A DNA stretch of 64,000 nucleotides from Lachnospiraceae bacterium (GCA_017469935.1 JAFUFL010000022.1:104197-168196); one strand, 5' to 3'. Counted from the stretch's first letter, positions 19,601 to 27,976 are shown. Made by a program: numbers and translations. The notes: generated by a model not told the origin, from the letters alone.

Positions 19601-20472
19601 CGCTACCGGACCCGGAGCTCGCGCGGCAGCTCGAGAAGATCTATTCGAGAAGATACGCGCACGAAAATCTCCGGGGGCTCTACACGAAGACGTCGGTATC
19701 CGACCTCAAGATCGCTTCCCTCGAAGCGGAGGAAGGGGACTCCGTCTACGAGATGTTCCCCGAGAACAGGCCTTCGCCGGTCATCGCGTCCTTTGCATCC
19801 GAACTTACCTCCGGATCCGCGTCCGGATCTGCCTCGGAGCTTACATCCGAAAGCGGCGCCGGAGCCGCTGCGGGAGAATCCGCGGCAGCCGCGCAGAGCG
19901 CGAAAGCGGGAGAGAGCACAGGTCGTGCCGGAAAGAGCGCTTTTACCGGAACGGAGTACGGCACGGCGGTCCACCGTCTGCTCGAGCTCTTCGACTACCG
20001 CAGGTTCCCCGAGCCCGCTTCCGTCTCCGCCGGCGACTTCGGCGCCTGGAGAGAGGAGCTGGCCGGATCGGGCCGGATCCCGCAGAGCTATGCGAAGGAT
20101 CTTCCTTCGTCGGGAATCCTGGCCTTTTTGCGGAGCGATCTGGCCGCGAGAATGGCCGCCGCGTCCGCGCGCTCGCAGCTTTTCCGCGAACAGCCCTTCG
20201 TGCTCGGAATTGAAGCGGACGCCGTTAATCCGGCTTTCCCCCACGAGGAGATCATGCTGATCCAGGGCATCATCGATGCGTATTTCGAGGAGAACGGCGG
20301 GCTTATCCTTGTGGATTACAAGACCGACCGGGTCGCGAATGCGCAGGAGCTGCGGGACCGCTACCGGATCCAGCTGGACCTGTACGAAAGGGCCCTTGAG
20401 CAGATCACGGGCAAAAAAGTGAGGGAAAAACTGATCTACTCCGTATCCCTTCGGGAAACAATAAGTTTGTGA
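16624..20472 (+). CDS. addA: Helicase-exonuclease AddAB, subunit AddA
   Basis: 1282 aa from ATG 16624 (MAIEFTEQQTRVLQ). UvrD-type motifs VSAAAGSGKT, IDEYQDSN and VMSIHKSKGLEFP, plus a C-terminal RecB nuclease GIIDAYF...LVDYKTD. The upstream part of the ORF-track ORF (16321-16623) overlaps addB and is rejected. Confidence 0.9.
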   Translation: MAIEFTEQQTRVLQARKHNILVSAAAGSGKTAVLVERIVRMISEGDDPMNIDRLLVVTFTKAAAAQMRERIGAAIARRIEEEPDNVHLQRQETLLHNAQITTMDSFFTFLLRNNFSDIDMDPGFRQMDQTEADLMRKDAMEDFLEEGYAQGNPSLKTAADYFCRGAGDRELEEILETMYRQAVSHPDPKEWLRDRALDYHVETKEELYRTVWMQFIILTTAEKIADLKRQYERLVDFCSAPDGPALYIPVIMEDLRAVRALGEVPSAEEAGRLSAQEAEDLWKRILGILSTEFSALPRFYPKKNPETDPAKKDIAVSLRKSAKETLEKLCQKYAGEDEEKILSTMREMDAAAQALSDLALRFLDYFAAVKREKNVIDFVDLEHLALRILTEKGEDGVYRPRRAAYAYRQYFDEILIDEYQDSNDVQELLLRMISTEDEGVYNRFMVGDVKQSIYKFRLARPEIFMEKLGSYQKLGKEKERIDLDSNFRSRAEVLDSVNEVFFRIMRREIGGVEYSPEVSLKTGARYPESPDPDTYRTELLLVTGPGKDEEDEVPEEIAQLSDRQKEALAVSARIKELVGNLPVRAEDGTMRPCRYGDIVVLLRSGAGWNEDFRDVFERQGVPYYIESKTGYFSATEIQSVLDMMRVLDNPRQDIPLYGVLRGYWGGFGEEEIAQIRLAGKGTEADLFASLTLRAGGEPQEAFPMLTEKCRDFLAFLDAWREKVSYLRIRELLTELITQTGYEEYCRALPGGEQRTANLQLLLAQAAAFDSMGLRGLFDFVRYIDQVHHRDVDYGEANILDENADVVRIMSIHKSKGLEFPVCIVAGTAKQHSYKFHDTKGSLICDNDWGIGMDYWKSETRSKFSTVRKEAVADKIRRESLGEELRVLYVAMTRAKEKLILTGYLGKPSKASDWEKKIPVSMKPGEKLPIPLLSGSESFLELLWCAAASAEHPEYFGIRMIPSKDLIWQEAAQQTQYGMRRQEIDSAGETGGAPLPDPELARQLEKIYSRRYAHENLRGLYTKTSVSDLKIASLEAEEGDSVYEMFPENRPSPVIASFASELTSGSASGSASELTSESGAGAAAGESAAAAQSAKAGESTGRAGKSAFTGTEYGTAVHRLLELFDYRRFPEPASVSAGDFGAWREELAGSGRIPQSYAKDLPSSGILAFLRSDLAARMAAASARSQLFREQPFVLGIEADAVNPAFPHEEIMLIQGIIDAYFEENGGLILVDYKTDRVANAQELRDRYRIQLDLYERALEQITGKKVREKLIYSVSLRETISL

Positions 20473-20551
20473 ACAAAATGGCAATTATTTGTATTTTCCT
20501 ATAAATAAAGCGAAGATTATGGCATTTTTTGTGGAAAATGAATAGCCGGAA

Positions 20552-20560
20552 TGATATAAT
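20552..20560 (+). promoter_or_regulatory. Extended -10 element TGATATAAT upstream of the acyl-CoA dehydrogenase gene
   Basis: A TGnTATAAT match inside a 160-nt AT-rich intergenic region. No good -35 at canonical spacing. Confidence 0.4.
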
Positions 20561-20633
20561 ACTACGGATAAGAGTAATAATTTTATACTTTTTATCTAAA
20601 TGCTATAAGTAGCTAGTATCAAAGGAGGTTGCA

Positions 20634-21773
20634 ATGAACTTTTTTAACGACGAAATTCATGAAGAGATGATCGCCCTGTATCGCGATTTCGCTACAGGTG
20701 TCTGCGCTCCCATCGCTGCCGAGATCGACGAAGAGGAGAAATTCCCCGTAGAGTCCTTCAAGCAGGCTGCAGAGATGGGCCTCATGGGTATTCCTTTCCC
20801 CGAGGAATACGGCGGAGCAGGACTGGACGAGCTCTCCTATGCACAGTGCATCGAGGAAGTATCCAAGGTTTGCGCTTCCACGGCTGTAGGCATTTCCGCT
20901 CACACATCTCTTTGCTCCTGGCCGATCTACAAGTTCGGTACCGAAGAGCAGAAGGCCAAATATCTTCCCCAGCTTCTGAGCGGCGAGAAACTCGGCGCTT
21001 TCGGTCTGACCGAGCCCAATGCAGGTACTGACGCAGCAGGCCAGAAGACTGTTTTCGAAGACAAGGGCGACTACTATCTGGTAAACGGCTCCAAGATCTT
21101 CATCACAAACGCAGGCTATGCAGACATCTTCATCGTTTTCGGTATGACAGACAAGTCCCTGGGCAACAAGGGAATCACTGCCCTGATCATGGAAAAAGAG
21201 ATGGAAGGATTCAGCATCGGCTCCCACGAGAAGAAGATGGGTATCCGCGGATCCAGCACCTGCGAGCTCGTATTTGAGAACGTCAAGGTTCCGAAGGAAA
21301 ATCTCCTGGGCGAAGTCAACAAGGGCTTCAAGGTAGCTATGATGACTCTGGACGGCGGCCGTATCGGTATCGCTGCTCAGGCTCTGGGTATTGCAGAAGG
21401 CGCTCTCGACGTAACTGTTGAGTATGTAAAGCAGAGAGTACAGTTTGGCCGTCCGATCGCCAAGTTCCAGAACACACAGTTCGAGCTTGCTAAGATGAAG
21501 GCCAATACCGAGGCTGCCAAGATGCTGGTTTACCGCGCAGCAAGCGCTGTCGACGAAGGCAAGCCTTATACACAGCTCGCAGCTGAGGCTAAGCTCGTTG
21601 CAGCTGCCAACGCTTCCGACGTAACACGCAGATGCCTGCAGCTGTTCGGCGGCTACGGCTACACTCGTGAGTATCCCATCGAGCGCATGATGAGAGATGC
21701 CAAGATCACTGAGATCTACGAAGGAACCAGTGAAGTTCAGATGATGGTCATCGGCGGCGCTATGCTTCGCTGA
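20634..21773 (+). CDS. Short-chain (butyryl-CoA type) acyl-CoA dehydrogenase
   Basis: 379 aa. GAFGLTEPNAGTDA, ITNAGYADIF, GRIGIAAQALGIAEGAL, and the catalytic end YEGTSEVQ. Strong RBS AAGGAGG. Confidence 0.9.
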   Translation: MNFFNDEIHEEMIALYRDFATGVCAPIAAEIDEEEKFPVESFKQAAEMGLMGIPFPEEYGGAGLDELSYAQCIEEVSKVCASTAVGISAHTSLCSWPIYKFGTEEQKAKYLPQLLSGEKLGAFGLTEPNAGTDAAGQKTVFEDKGDYYLVNGSKIFITNAGYADIFIVFGMTDKSLGNKGITALIMEKEMEGFSIGSHEKKMGIRGSSTCELVFENVKVPKENLLGEVNKGFKVAMMTLDGGRIGIAAQALGIAEGALDVTVEYVKQRVQFGRPIAKFQNTQFELAKMKANTEAAKMLVYRAASAVDEGKPYTQLAAEAKLVAAANASDVTRRCLQLFGGYGYTREYPIERMMRDAKITEIYEGTSEVQMMVIGGAMLR

Positions 21774-21806
21774 TCCGTGACTGACAGCTTCTAATACGGA
21801 TTAAGG

Positions 21807-21843
21807 ACAGCCCGGCGAGAGTATTCGCCGGGCTGTTTATTTA
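21807..21843 (+). terminator. Intrinsic terminator after the acyl-CoA dehydrogenase gene
   Basis: 12-bp stem acagcccggcga / tcgccgggctgt with a 6-nt loop, followed by ttatttac. Confidence 0.75.
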
Positions 21844-21910
21844 CTGACTGTTTATTACCGGGATGTTTATTGACCGGGCTGCTCACTGCTGCGGGGAGAA
21901 CAACTTTGCC

Positions 21911-22708
21911 ATGAAGCGAGAGAGAGTCGAGATCGGATGGTACGCAGTGCGGCCATCCCTTGTCTATCTGGTGCTCTTTATTACGATCAGAGCCATCCTA
22001 TACCGAATCCTTGAGTCCGTGCTGCTGTCATCAAACGCCGACATGGCTTACTTTTATGAGGCTTTCAGCGGCGCGTCGGATCTTATGATCCTCGGACTGT
22101 CCTGCGCGGGGGCCGTGATCCCGGTCCTTGGCGAGGGCCGAAGAGAGGTCCTGATCGCCCGGGCGAGGAGCGGCCGCGCCTGGATCGCGAAGAGAGAGGA
22201 CAGCAATGTGCTGCTCGCTTCCCTGCCGCTCGGCACCATCTGCCTTTCGGCCCTTCTGAACATCCTTCTCTCCGGGCGGTCCGCAGCTCCCTTCACGAGC
22301 GCTGATCCGGTGCCGCTCGCGGCTGCCGTATACGGAATCCTGTCCCCGTTCACGGAGGAGCTCGTCTTCAGAGGAATCATGTTCCACCGGCTGCGCCGGG
22401 GCTTTTCTCCCATGGAAGCCGCCCTTATTTCCTCGCTCTTATTCGGCTTCGCGCACGGAAACATCCTCCAGGGGATCTACGCGGCGATCATTGGGATCGT
22501 ATTCGGGCTGGCTTATGAACTCACGGGACGCTTTGAAGTCCCTTTTCTCCTTCACTGCACCTGCAATCTCACCGTACTTGCCGTCGAAGCGGCCGGATGG
22601 GGAGAAGTGCTGCGAAGTCCCATGTGGATCGTCTTTTTTGCGGTGGGATCCGCCGCCGTGCTTGTATATTGGGGGAAAAGGGTGCGTGAGACGAAATATA
22701 GAATTTAG
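21911..22708 (+). CDS. CPBP-family (CAAX/Abi) intramembrane metalloprotease
   Basis: Motifs EELVFRG (motif 1) and FGFAHG (motif 2), plus a later H in LLHCTCN, within multiple TM helices. The start is uncertain (ATG 21911 versus the upstream ORF-track start 21863). Confidence 0.75.
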   Translation: MKRERVEIGWYAVRPSLVYLVLFITIRAILYRILESVLLSSNADMAYFYEAFSGASDLMILGLSCAGAVIPVLGEGRREVLIARARSGRAWIAKREDSNVLLASLPLGTICLSALLNILLSGRSAAPFTSADPVPLAAAVYGILSPFTEELVFRGIMFHRLRRGFSPMEAALISSLLFGFAHGNILQGIYAAIIGIVFGLAYELTGRFEVPFLLHCTCNLTVLAVEAAGWGEVLRSPMWIVFFAVGSAAVLVYWGKRVRETKYRI

Positions 22709-22737
22709 CTTGCATGTCCACCTCCGCTATGATATAA
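22709..22737 (+). promoter_or_regulatory. Near-consensus sigma-A promoter TTGCAT-17-TATAAT (with TG extension) for rpmE
   Basis: TTGCAT at 22709-22714, a 17-nt spacer ending in TGA, and TATAAT at 22732-22737. Confidence 0.6.
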
Positions 22738-22744
22738 TTTGAAA

Positions 22745-22821
22745 GCTGTTTTGATACAGCGAGAATAGTAATAAAATCATACAGAGCACCGTTACTCCGG
22801 CGGCCTATGGCCCGGGTGCTC
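22745..22821 (+). promoter_or_regulatory. Structured 5' leader of rpmE (candidate ribosomal-protein autoregulatory leader)
   Basis: Hairpins gctgt-tttgat-acagc (22745-22760) and gagcacc...ggtgctc (22784-22821). The latter ends immediately before the SD AAGGAGG. Confidence 0.3.
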
Positions 22822-22838
22822 AGGTAAGGAGGAAAATT

Positions 22839-23042
22839 ATGAAAGCTTCTATTCAGCCCAAGTATTATCAGGCTACCGTGACCTGCAACTGCGGCAACAC
22901 ATTCGTTACCGGTTCCACAAAGCCTGAGATCCACGTTGAAGTCTGCTCCAAGTGCCACTCTTTCTACACCGGCACACAGAAGACTGCCGCTGCTAAGGGA
23001 CGTATTGATAAGTTCAATAAGAAGTACGGCTACAACAAATAA
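22839..23042 (+). CDS. rpmE: 50S ribosomal protein L31 (type A, zinc-ribbon form)
   Basis: 67 aa. [22 protein letters not shown]...[11 protein letters not shown] with the CxC...CxxC zinc ribbon. Confidence 0.95.
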   Translation: MKASIQPKYYQATVTCNCGNTFVTGSTKPEIHVEVCSKCHSFYTGTQKTAAAKGRIDKFNKKYGYNK

Positions 23043-23065
23043 GACAATAGCAGTTAGCAACGAAG

Positions 23066-23096
23066 ACAAGGCGGAGAGTACTCTGCCTTGTTTTTT
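23066..23096 (+). terminator. Intrinsic terminator after rpmE
   Basis: acaaggc...gccttgt stem with an internal agag/ctct extension, followed by tttttt. Confidence 0.75.
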
Positions 23097-23196
23097 ACGT
23101 TAAAAGTAATGCCTGCTGAAGGGAAACACCCCCCGCGGGTGCGCGGCCCGCGGCAGCAGGCCTTCAGGAAGCACAATCGTGCGGAAAGGATGATTA

Positions 23197-24141
23197 TTGA
23201 GTAAAGAAAACAGCCCGCAGCAGCACTGCAGCGGAATCGGCGGCCAGGCGGTCCTCGAAGGCGTCATGATGAAGAACGGCAGGGACTACGCTGTCGCAGT
23301 CCGCAAGGAAAACGGTGAGATCGTTGTCAAAAAAGATACGTATGACGGTCTCTTTTCCGGCCTTCCGGTCCGACGCATTCCCCTTGTGCGCGGCTTCTTT
23401 GTGCTCCTCGATTCACTGATCCTTGGGCTTCGCGTGACGGATTACTCCGCCTCCATGTACGATCCCGAGGACACGACGGATCCGGATTCTCCCAAAGAAA
23501 AACTGATCACGACGCTGATCCTTATCGCCTCCATGGTCATCGCAGTCGGCCTCTTTATTCTGCTGCCGTATGCGATCGCGGGCTTTGTGAGCAGCAGGAT
23601 CGGCATTCCTGGAATCCTGGTCCTTATAGAAGGAGTCCTTCGCCTTTCGATCTTTCTGATCTATATCACCGCGATCTCCGCCATGAAGGACATCCGAAGG
23701 CTCTATCAGTATCACGGCGCGGAACACAAGTGCATCAACTGCCTGGAGAGCGGGCTTCCTCTCACCGTGGAGAACGCCAGAAAGAGCACCCGCCTGCACA
23801 AGCGCTGCGGAAGCAGCTTCACGATGTTTGTCATGCTGGTGAGCATCATTCTGTTCTTTTTCATCCGGACGGACAGCCACATCATGCGCGTCGTGCTGCG
23901 AATCCTGCTTATTCCGGTGATCTCCGGCGTATCCTACGAACTCATCCGCCTCGCGGGAAGCAGTAATAATCCACTGATCCAGCTGATCTCGAAACCGGGC
24001 CTGTGGATGCAGCTGATGACGACAAAAGAGCCGGATGACGACATGATCCGCGTGGGAATCGCTTCCGTGGAGGCGGTCTTCGACTGGAAGAAATACCTTT
24101 CTGACGAATTCGGCGATACCGCTTCCGAAACAGAGCAATAA
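23197..24141 (+). CDS. DUF1385-family membrane protein (conserved partner of prmC/prfA)
   Basis: 314 aa; TTG start. GIGGQAVLEGVMMKN N-terminus, YHGAEHKCINC motif, and several TM helices. The order rpmE-DUF1385-prmC-prfA is widespread in Firmicutes. Confidence 0.8.
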   Translation: MSKENSPQQHCSGIGGQAVLEGVMMKNGRDYAVAVRKENGEIVVKKDTYDGLFSGLPVRRIPLVRGFFVLLDSLILGLRVTDYSASMYDPEDTTDPDSPKEKLITTLILIASMVIAVGLFILLPYAIAGFVSSRIGIPGILVLIEGVLRLSIFLIYITAISAMKDIRRLYQYHGAEHKCINCLESGLPLTVENARKSTRLHKRCGSSFTMFVMLVSIILFFFIRTDSHIMRVVLRILLIPVISGVSYELIRLAGSSNNPLIQLISKPGLWMQLMTTKEPDDDMIRVGIASVEAVFDWKKYLSDEFGDTASETEQ

Positions 24142-24222
24142 CAGAGCCTTAACAGAGCCGTGAGCGGACTCCCATCCGCCCGTGTGCCGTCAAAGAGTCC
24201 CGATCATTTGCAAGGAGGCAGC

Positions 24223-25107
24223 TTGAAGAGCAGAGAAGACGCGGCAGAGGCCGCCTATAAAGAGTTGTACAGGGAAGGGGCGCAGATCCTTTCCTCCGTA
24301 CTTGAACAAGAGAGGGAGGCGCAGCTGGATGCGCGGCTCCTTCTTGAGCATGTATGCGGCACGAATCTCCAGACGCTCCTTCTGGAAGGAGACCGCCCGG
24401 TTTCCGCGCAGGAAGCCGCGCTCTACAGAGAGTATGTGGCGCGCAGGAAAAAGCGGGAGCCTCTGGCCTATATTTTGGAAAAGTGGGAGTTCATGGGGCT
24501 CCCTTTCGAAGTCGGCCCGGACGTGCTGATCCCCGAACAGGACACGGAGAACCTGATCGAGGAGATTATGAAGGACCTGCACGACTCGGACCGGATCCTG
24601 GATCTGTGCACAGGAAGCGGCTGCATCCTGCTCAGTCTTCTGAAGTACTCAAACGGGACGACCGGCGTAGGGACTGATCTCTCAGAGAAAGCGCTGGCCG
24701 TCGCCCGAAGGAATGCGGAGCGCCTGGGACTTGCGGACAGGATCGAACTGCGATGCGGCGATCTCTTCGAACCCGTGAGAGAGGATGAGAGGTTCGATCT
24801 CATCGTCTCCAATCCGCCTTATATAGAGACGGAGACCATAGAGCATCTCGCGCCGGAAGTGAGGGACCACGAACCGCTGATGGCGCTGGACGGGGGAGAA
24901 GACGGTCTCTCTTTTTACAGGAGGATTATTCCGGAAGCGGTGCGCCATCTGGTGACCGGCGGCTATCTGTTTCTGGAGATCGGCTATGACCAGGCCGAGG
25001 CCGTCATGGCTCTCATGAGAGAAGCCGGTTACTATGACGTCAGATCGATAAAGGATTACGGCGGAAATGACCGCATTGTGTGCGGGATCAAAAGCATACG
25101 GCAATAA
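24223..25107 (+). CDS. prmC: Release-factor glutamine N5-methyltransferase
   Basis: SAM motif ILDLCTGSGCI and catalytic IVSNPPYI. I prefer the TTG at 24223 (preceded by AGGAGG) over the GTG at 24160, which has no RBS. The start is uncertain. Confidence 0.85.
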   Translation: MKSREDAAEAAYKELYREGAQILSSVLEQEREAQLDARLLLEHVCGTNLQTLLLEGDRPVSAQEAALYREYVARRKKREPLAYILEKWEFMGLPFEVGPDVLIPEQDTENLIEEIMKDLHDSDRILDLCTGSGCILLSLLKYSNGTTGVGTDLSEKALAVARRNAERLGLADRIELRCGDLFEPVREDERFDLIVSNPPYIETETIEHLAPEVRDHEPLMALDGGEDGLSFYRRIIPEAVRHLVTGGYLFLEIGYDQAEAVMALMREAGYYDVRSIKDYGGNDRIVCGIKSIRQ

Positions 25108-25145
25108 TGCACACGCGCGTGGCGAGGAAAAAAGCTGCCTTTCGG

Positions 25146-25187
25146 CAGCCCGCACGCGGCGCGGCGGCTCGCGCTGCGAGCCTTAAT
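25146..25187 (+). repeat. REP-like palindromic intergenic repeat, copy B
   Basis: cagcccgcacgcggcgcggcggctcgcgctgcgagccttaat with hairpin ggctcgc-gct-gcgagcc. 37/39 identity to copy A. Confidence 0.85.
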
Positions 25188-25218
25188 AAAGCACACGCAT
25201 ACTGAGGAGATTGGATTT

Positions 25219-26298
25219 ATGTTTGACAAACTGGACAGCGTTCTGCTGCACTATGAAGATATACAGAGAGAACTGGCAAGCCCCGATATCGCCTCCAACC
25301 AGGCCAGGTTCCGCAAGCTCATGAAGGAGCAGAGCGACCTTTCGCCTCTCGTGGAGGCGTACAGTGAATACTGTAAGTGCAGGGAAGCGGCTTCGGACTC
25401 CCTTCTGATGCTGGAAGAAGAGAGCGACGAAGAGATGCGGGAACTGGCCAAGGAAGAGCTCGCGGATTCAAAAAAGAGAATCGAGGAGCTGGAAGAGCAG
25501 ATCAAGATCCTGCTGCTCCCCAAGGACCCCAACGACGACAAAAACGTCATCGTGGAGATCCGCGCGGGCGCGGGAGGGGACGAAGCGGCCCTGTTTGCCG
25601 CAGAAGTCTACAGAATGTACGTCCACTACGCCGAAAACCGGGGCTGGAGAACGGAGATCCTGGATTATGAGGAGATCGGGATCGGCGGCATGAAATCCGT
25701 CAGTTTCATAATCCGCGGCCAGGGCGCCTACTCCCGGATGAAATACGAGAGCGGCGTCCACAGAGTCCAGCGCGTGCCCGCCACGGAATCCGGAGGAAGG
25801 ATCCACACATCGACCATAACGGTGGCGGTCATCCCGGAGGTGGACGACGATATCGTCATCGATATTCCCGATAAGGACGTCCGGATCGACGTCATGAGAG
25901 CCTCCGGCAACGGCGGCCAGTGCGTCAACACGACCGACTCCGCCGTGAGACTGACTCACTATCCGACCGGGATCGTCATCTACAGCCAGACGGAGAAGTC
26001 CCAGATCCAGAACAAGGCCAAGGCCTGGGCACTGCTTCGTGCCAAATTATATGACCTCGAGATGCAGAAGAGGCACGACGAGGAAGCGGACCTGAGGAGA
26101 AGCCAGGTGGGCACGGGAGACCGGTCCGAAAAGATCCGGACATACAATTTCCCGCAGGGACGCGTCACGGACCACAGGATCAAGCTGACGCTCTATAAGA
26201 TCGACGCCGTGATGAACGGGGATCTCGACGAGATCATAGACAGCCTGATCGCGGCGGATCAGGCCGCCAAACTGTTGAAGATGAATGAGGCTGTCTGA
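25219..26298 (+). CDS. prfA: Peptide chain release factor 1
   Basis: 359 aa. PAT-type stop-codon recognition region ([17 protein letters not shown]) and GGQ motif ([16 protein letters not shown]). Confidence 0.96.
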   Translation: MFDKLDSVLLHYEDIQRELASPDIASNQARFRKLMKEQSDLSPLVEAYSEYCKCREAASDSLLMLEEESDEEMRELAKEELADSKKRIEELEEQIKILLLPKDPNDDKNVIVEIRAGAGGDEAALFAAEVYRMYVHYAENRGWRTEILDYEEIGIGGMKSVSFIIRGQGAYSRMKYESGVHRVQRVPATESGGRIHTSTITVAVIPEVDDDIVIDIPDKDVRIDVMRASGNGGQCVNTTDSAVRLTHYPTGIVIYSQTEKSQIQNKAKAWALLRAKLYDLEMQKRHDEEADLRRSQVGTGDRSEKIRTYNFPQGRVTDHRIKLTLYKIDAVMNGDLDEIIDSLIAADQAAKLLKMNEAV

Positions 26299-26312
26299 TA
26301 AAATATAAAGGG

Positions 26313-26336
26313 AATCCGCGGGGCGGATTGTCTTTC
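26313..26336 (+). terminator. Weak hairpin after prfA (aatccgc-ggg-gcggatt)
   Basis: 7-bp stem followed by gtctttc. Poor U-run. Confidence 0.35.
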
Positions 26337-26385
26337 GGATATCGATATTTTGGCAAAGAGTATACGCAAAAAAAAGGGGATAACA

Positions 26386-27957
26386 ATGGCAGCACATCTG
26401 TTTGGCGCCATAGATGTCGGCAGCTACGTCTATGAGATGAAAATCTTCGAGCTGTCCAAAAAGAACGGGATCAGGCAGATCGATAACATCCGGCATATGA
26501 TCGATCTCGGGACGGATACTTATCATAACGGCAAGGTCTCCCGCGTCCATATGGCGGAACTGAAGAGAATCCTTACCGAGTCCAGTGCGATAATGAAGAA
26601 CTATTCGGTGGAGGCTTATAAAGCCTATGGCACCAGCGCCTTCCGGGAGATGAAGAATTCCGCCATGGTGCTGTCCCAGCTTGAACAGGAGACCGGAATC
26701 CGCATCGAGATTCTCGACAATTCCGAGCAGCGATTTATGGACTACAAGTCCGTCGCCTCCAAGGGGGAGGCCTTTACCCGTTTTCTGGAGCAGTCCACCG
26801 CCATCGTCGATATAGGCGGAGGCAGTATACAGATTTCGCTGTTTGAGAAGGACAAACTCAGCGCCACGCAGAACCTCAGGATCGGCGCGCTGCGCGTGAG
26901 GGACCAGCTGCAGAGAGTCGGCGCGAGATCCGTACAGAACGAGACACTGATCGAAGAGCTTGTCAACACACAGCTGAATGTTTTTAAAAAGCTGTATCTG
27001 AAGGACCGGGATATCAAGCAGATCGTGGTGATTGACGACTATCTGGCCGATGCCTCCCGCAACGCGGCAAACTTCAGCGCCGCCGGCCGAATGATCCCGG
27101 GCAGTATGGGACAGGCGGAGTTTTTCGATACCGAGGCGCTCACCGCCTTTATAGACGGGCTTCGGGAGAACAACGCCTTCGATCTCTCTTCAAGGCTCGG
27201 CATCTCGGACGACAAGATTCCCCTTCTCAAGATCAGCTCCATCATCACCAGGTGCATCGCCAAGATCATGAAGGCCGATATGATCTGGATCCCGGGCGTG
27301 ACCCTCTGCGACGGCATGGTATATGACTACGCCCTTTCCAGAAGATACATACAGCCCGAACACGATTTTGAACAGGATATCCTCACCTGCGCGATGCAGA
27401 CGTCCAAGCGCTATAAGGGAAGCGAGGACCGCGCCAGGACACTGGAGCTCATAGCGCTGCAGATTTTTGACAGCATGAAGCGGATCCACGGAATGGGAGC
27501 CAGGGAGAGGCTTCTTCTAAGGCTCTGCGCCCTGCTGCACGACTGCGGCAAGTATATCAGCATGCAGAACCTCTCGGACTGCTCCTACAACATCATCATG
27601 TCCACGGAGATCATAGGCCTGTCCGGAAGGGAGCGGGAGATCGTCGCCAACGTCGTCCGCTACAACCACAGAAAGTATGACTACTACGAGGAAAGCGGAA
27701 TGCGGGGAAGACTGAGCATGGAAGACTACATGACAGTCACCAGACTGACCGCGATCCTAAGGCTTGCCAACGGACTTGACCGGTCTCACAAGAAGAAATT
27801 TACGGACATAAAGATCCGGCTCCGGGAAGGAGAACTGCAGATCATTGTCAGCACCAAGAAAGATATCACACTGGAAAAAGGACTCTTCGAGAACAGGGCA
27901 CGCTTTTTCGAAGATGTTTTCAGCGTAAGGCCGGTAATCAGACAGCGTGAATTCTGA
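26386..27957 (+). CDS. ppx: Ppx/GppA-family exopolyphosphatase with C-terminal HD domain
   Basis: Start at ATG 26386 (RBS AAGGGGA). FGAIDVGSY is the ASKHA phosphate-1 motif, with IVDIGGGSIQIS and the HD region LLHDCGKYI. Confidence 0.85.
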   Translation: MAAHLFGAIDVGSYVYEMKIFELSKKNGIRQIDNIRHMIDLGTDTYHNGKVSRVHMAELKRILTESSAIMKNYSVEAYKAYGTSAFREMKNSAMVLSQLEQETGIRIEILDNSEQRFMDYKSVASKGEAFTRFLEQSTAIVDIGGGSIQISLFEKDKLSATQNLRIGALRVRDQLQRVGARSVQNETLIEELVNTQLNVFKKLYLKDRDIKQIVVIDDYLADASRNAANFSAAGRMIPGSMGQAEFFDTEALTAFIDGLRENNAFDLSSRLGISDDKIPLLKISSIITRCIAKIMKADMIWIPGVTLCDGMVYDYALSRRYIQPEHDFEQDILTCAMQTSKRYKGSEDRARTLELIALQIFDSMKRIHGMGARERLLLRLCALLHDCGKYISMQNLSDCSYNIIMSTEIIGLSGREREIVANVVRYNHRKYDYYEESGMRGRLSMEDYMTVTRLTAILRLANGLDRSHKKKFTDIKIRLREGELQIIVSTKKDITLEKGLFENRARFFEDVFSVRPVIRQREF

Positions 27958-27976
27958 TCGGAAGGGGGAGTTAGAA

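Noticed and set aside
24139-24160. Direct repeat taacagagcc x2 at the DUF1385/prmC junction.
   Set aside because: It is only a 10-nt duplication spanning the stop codon region, with no further copies or structure. It is probably slippage without function.
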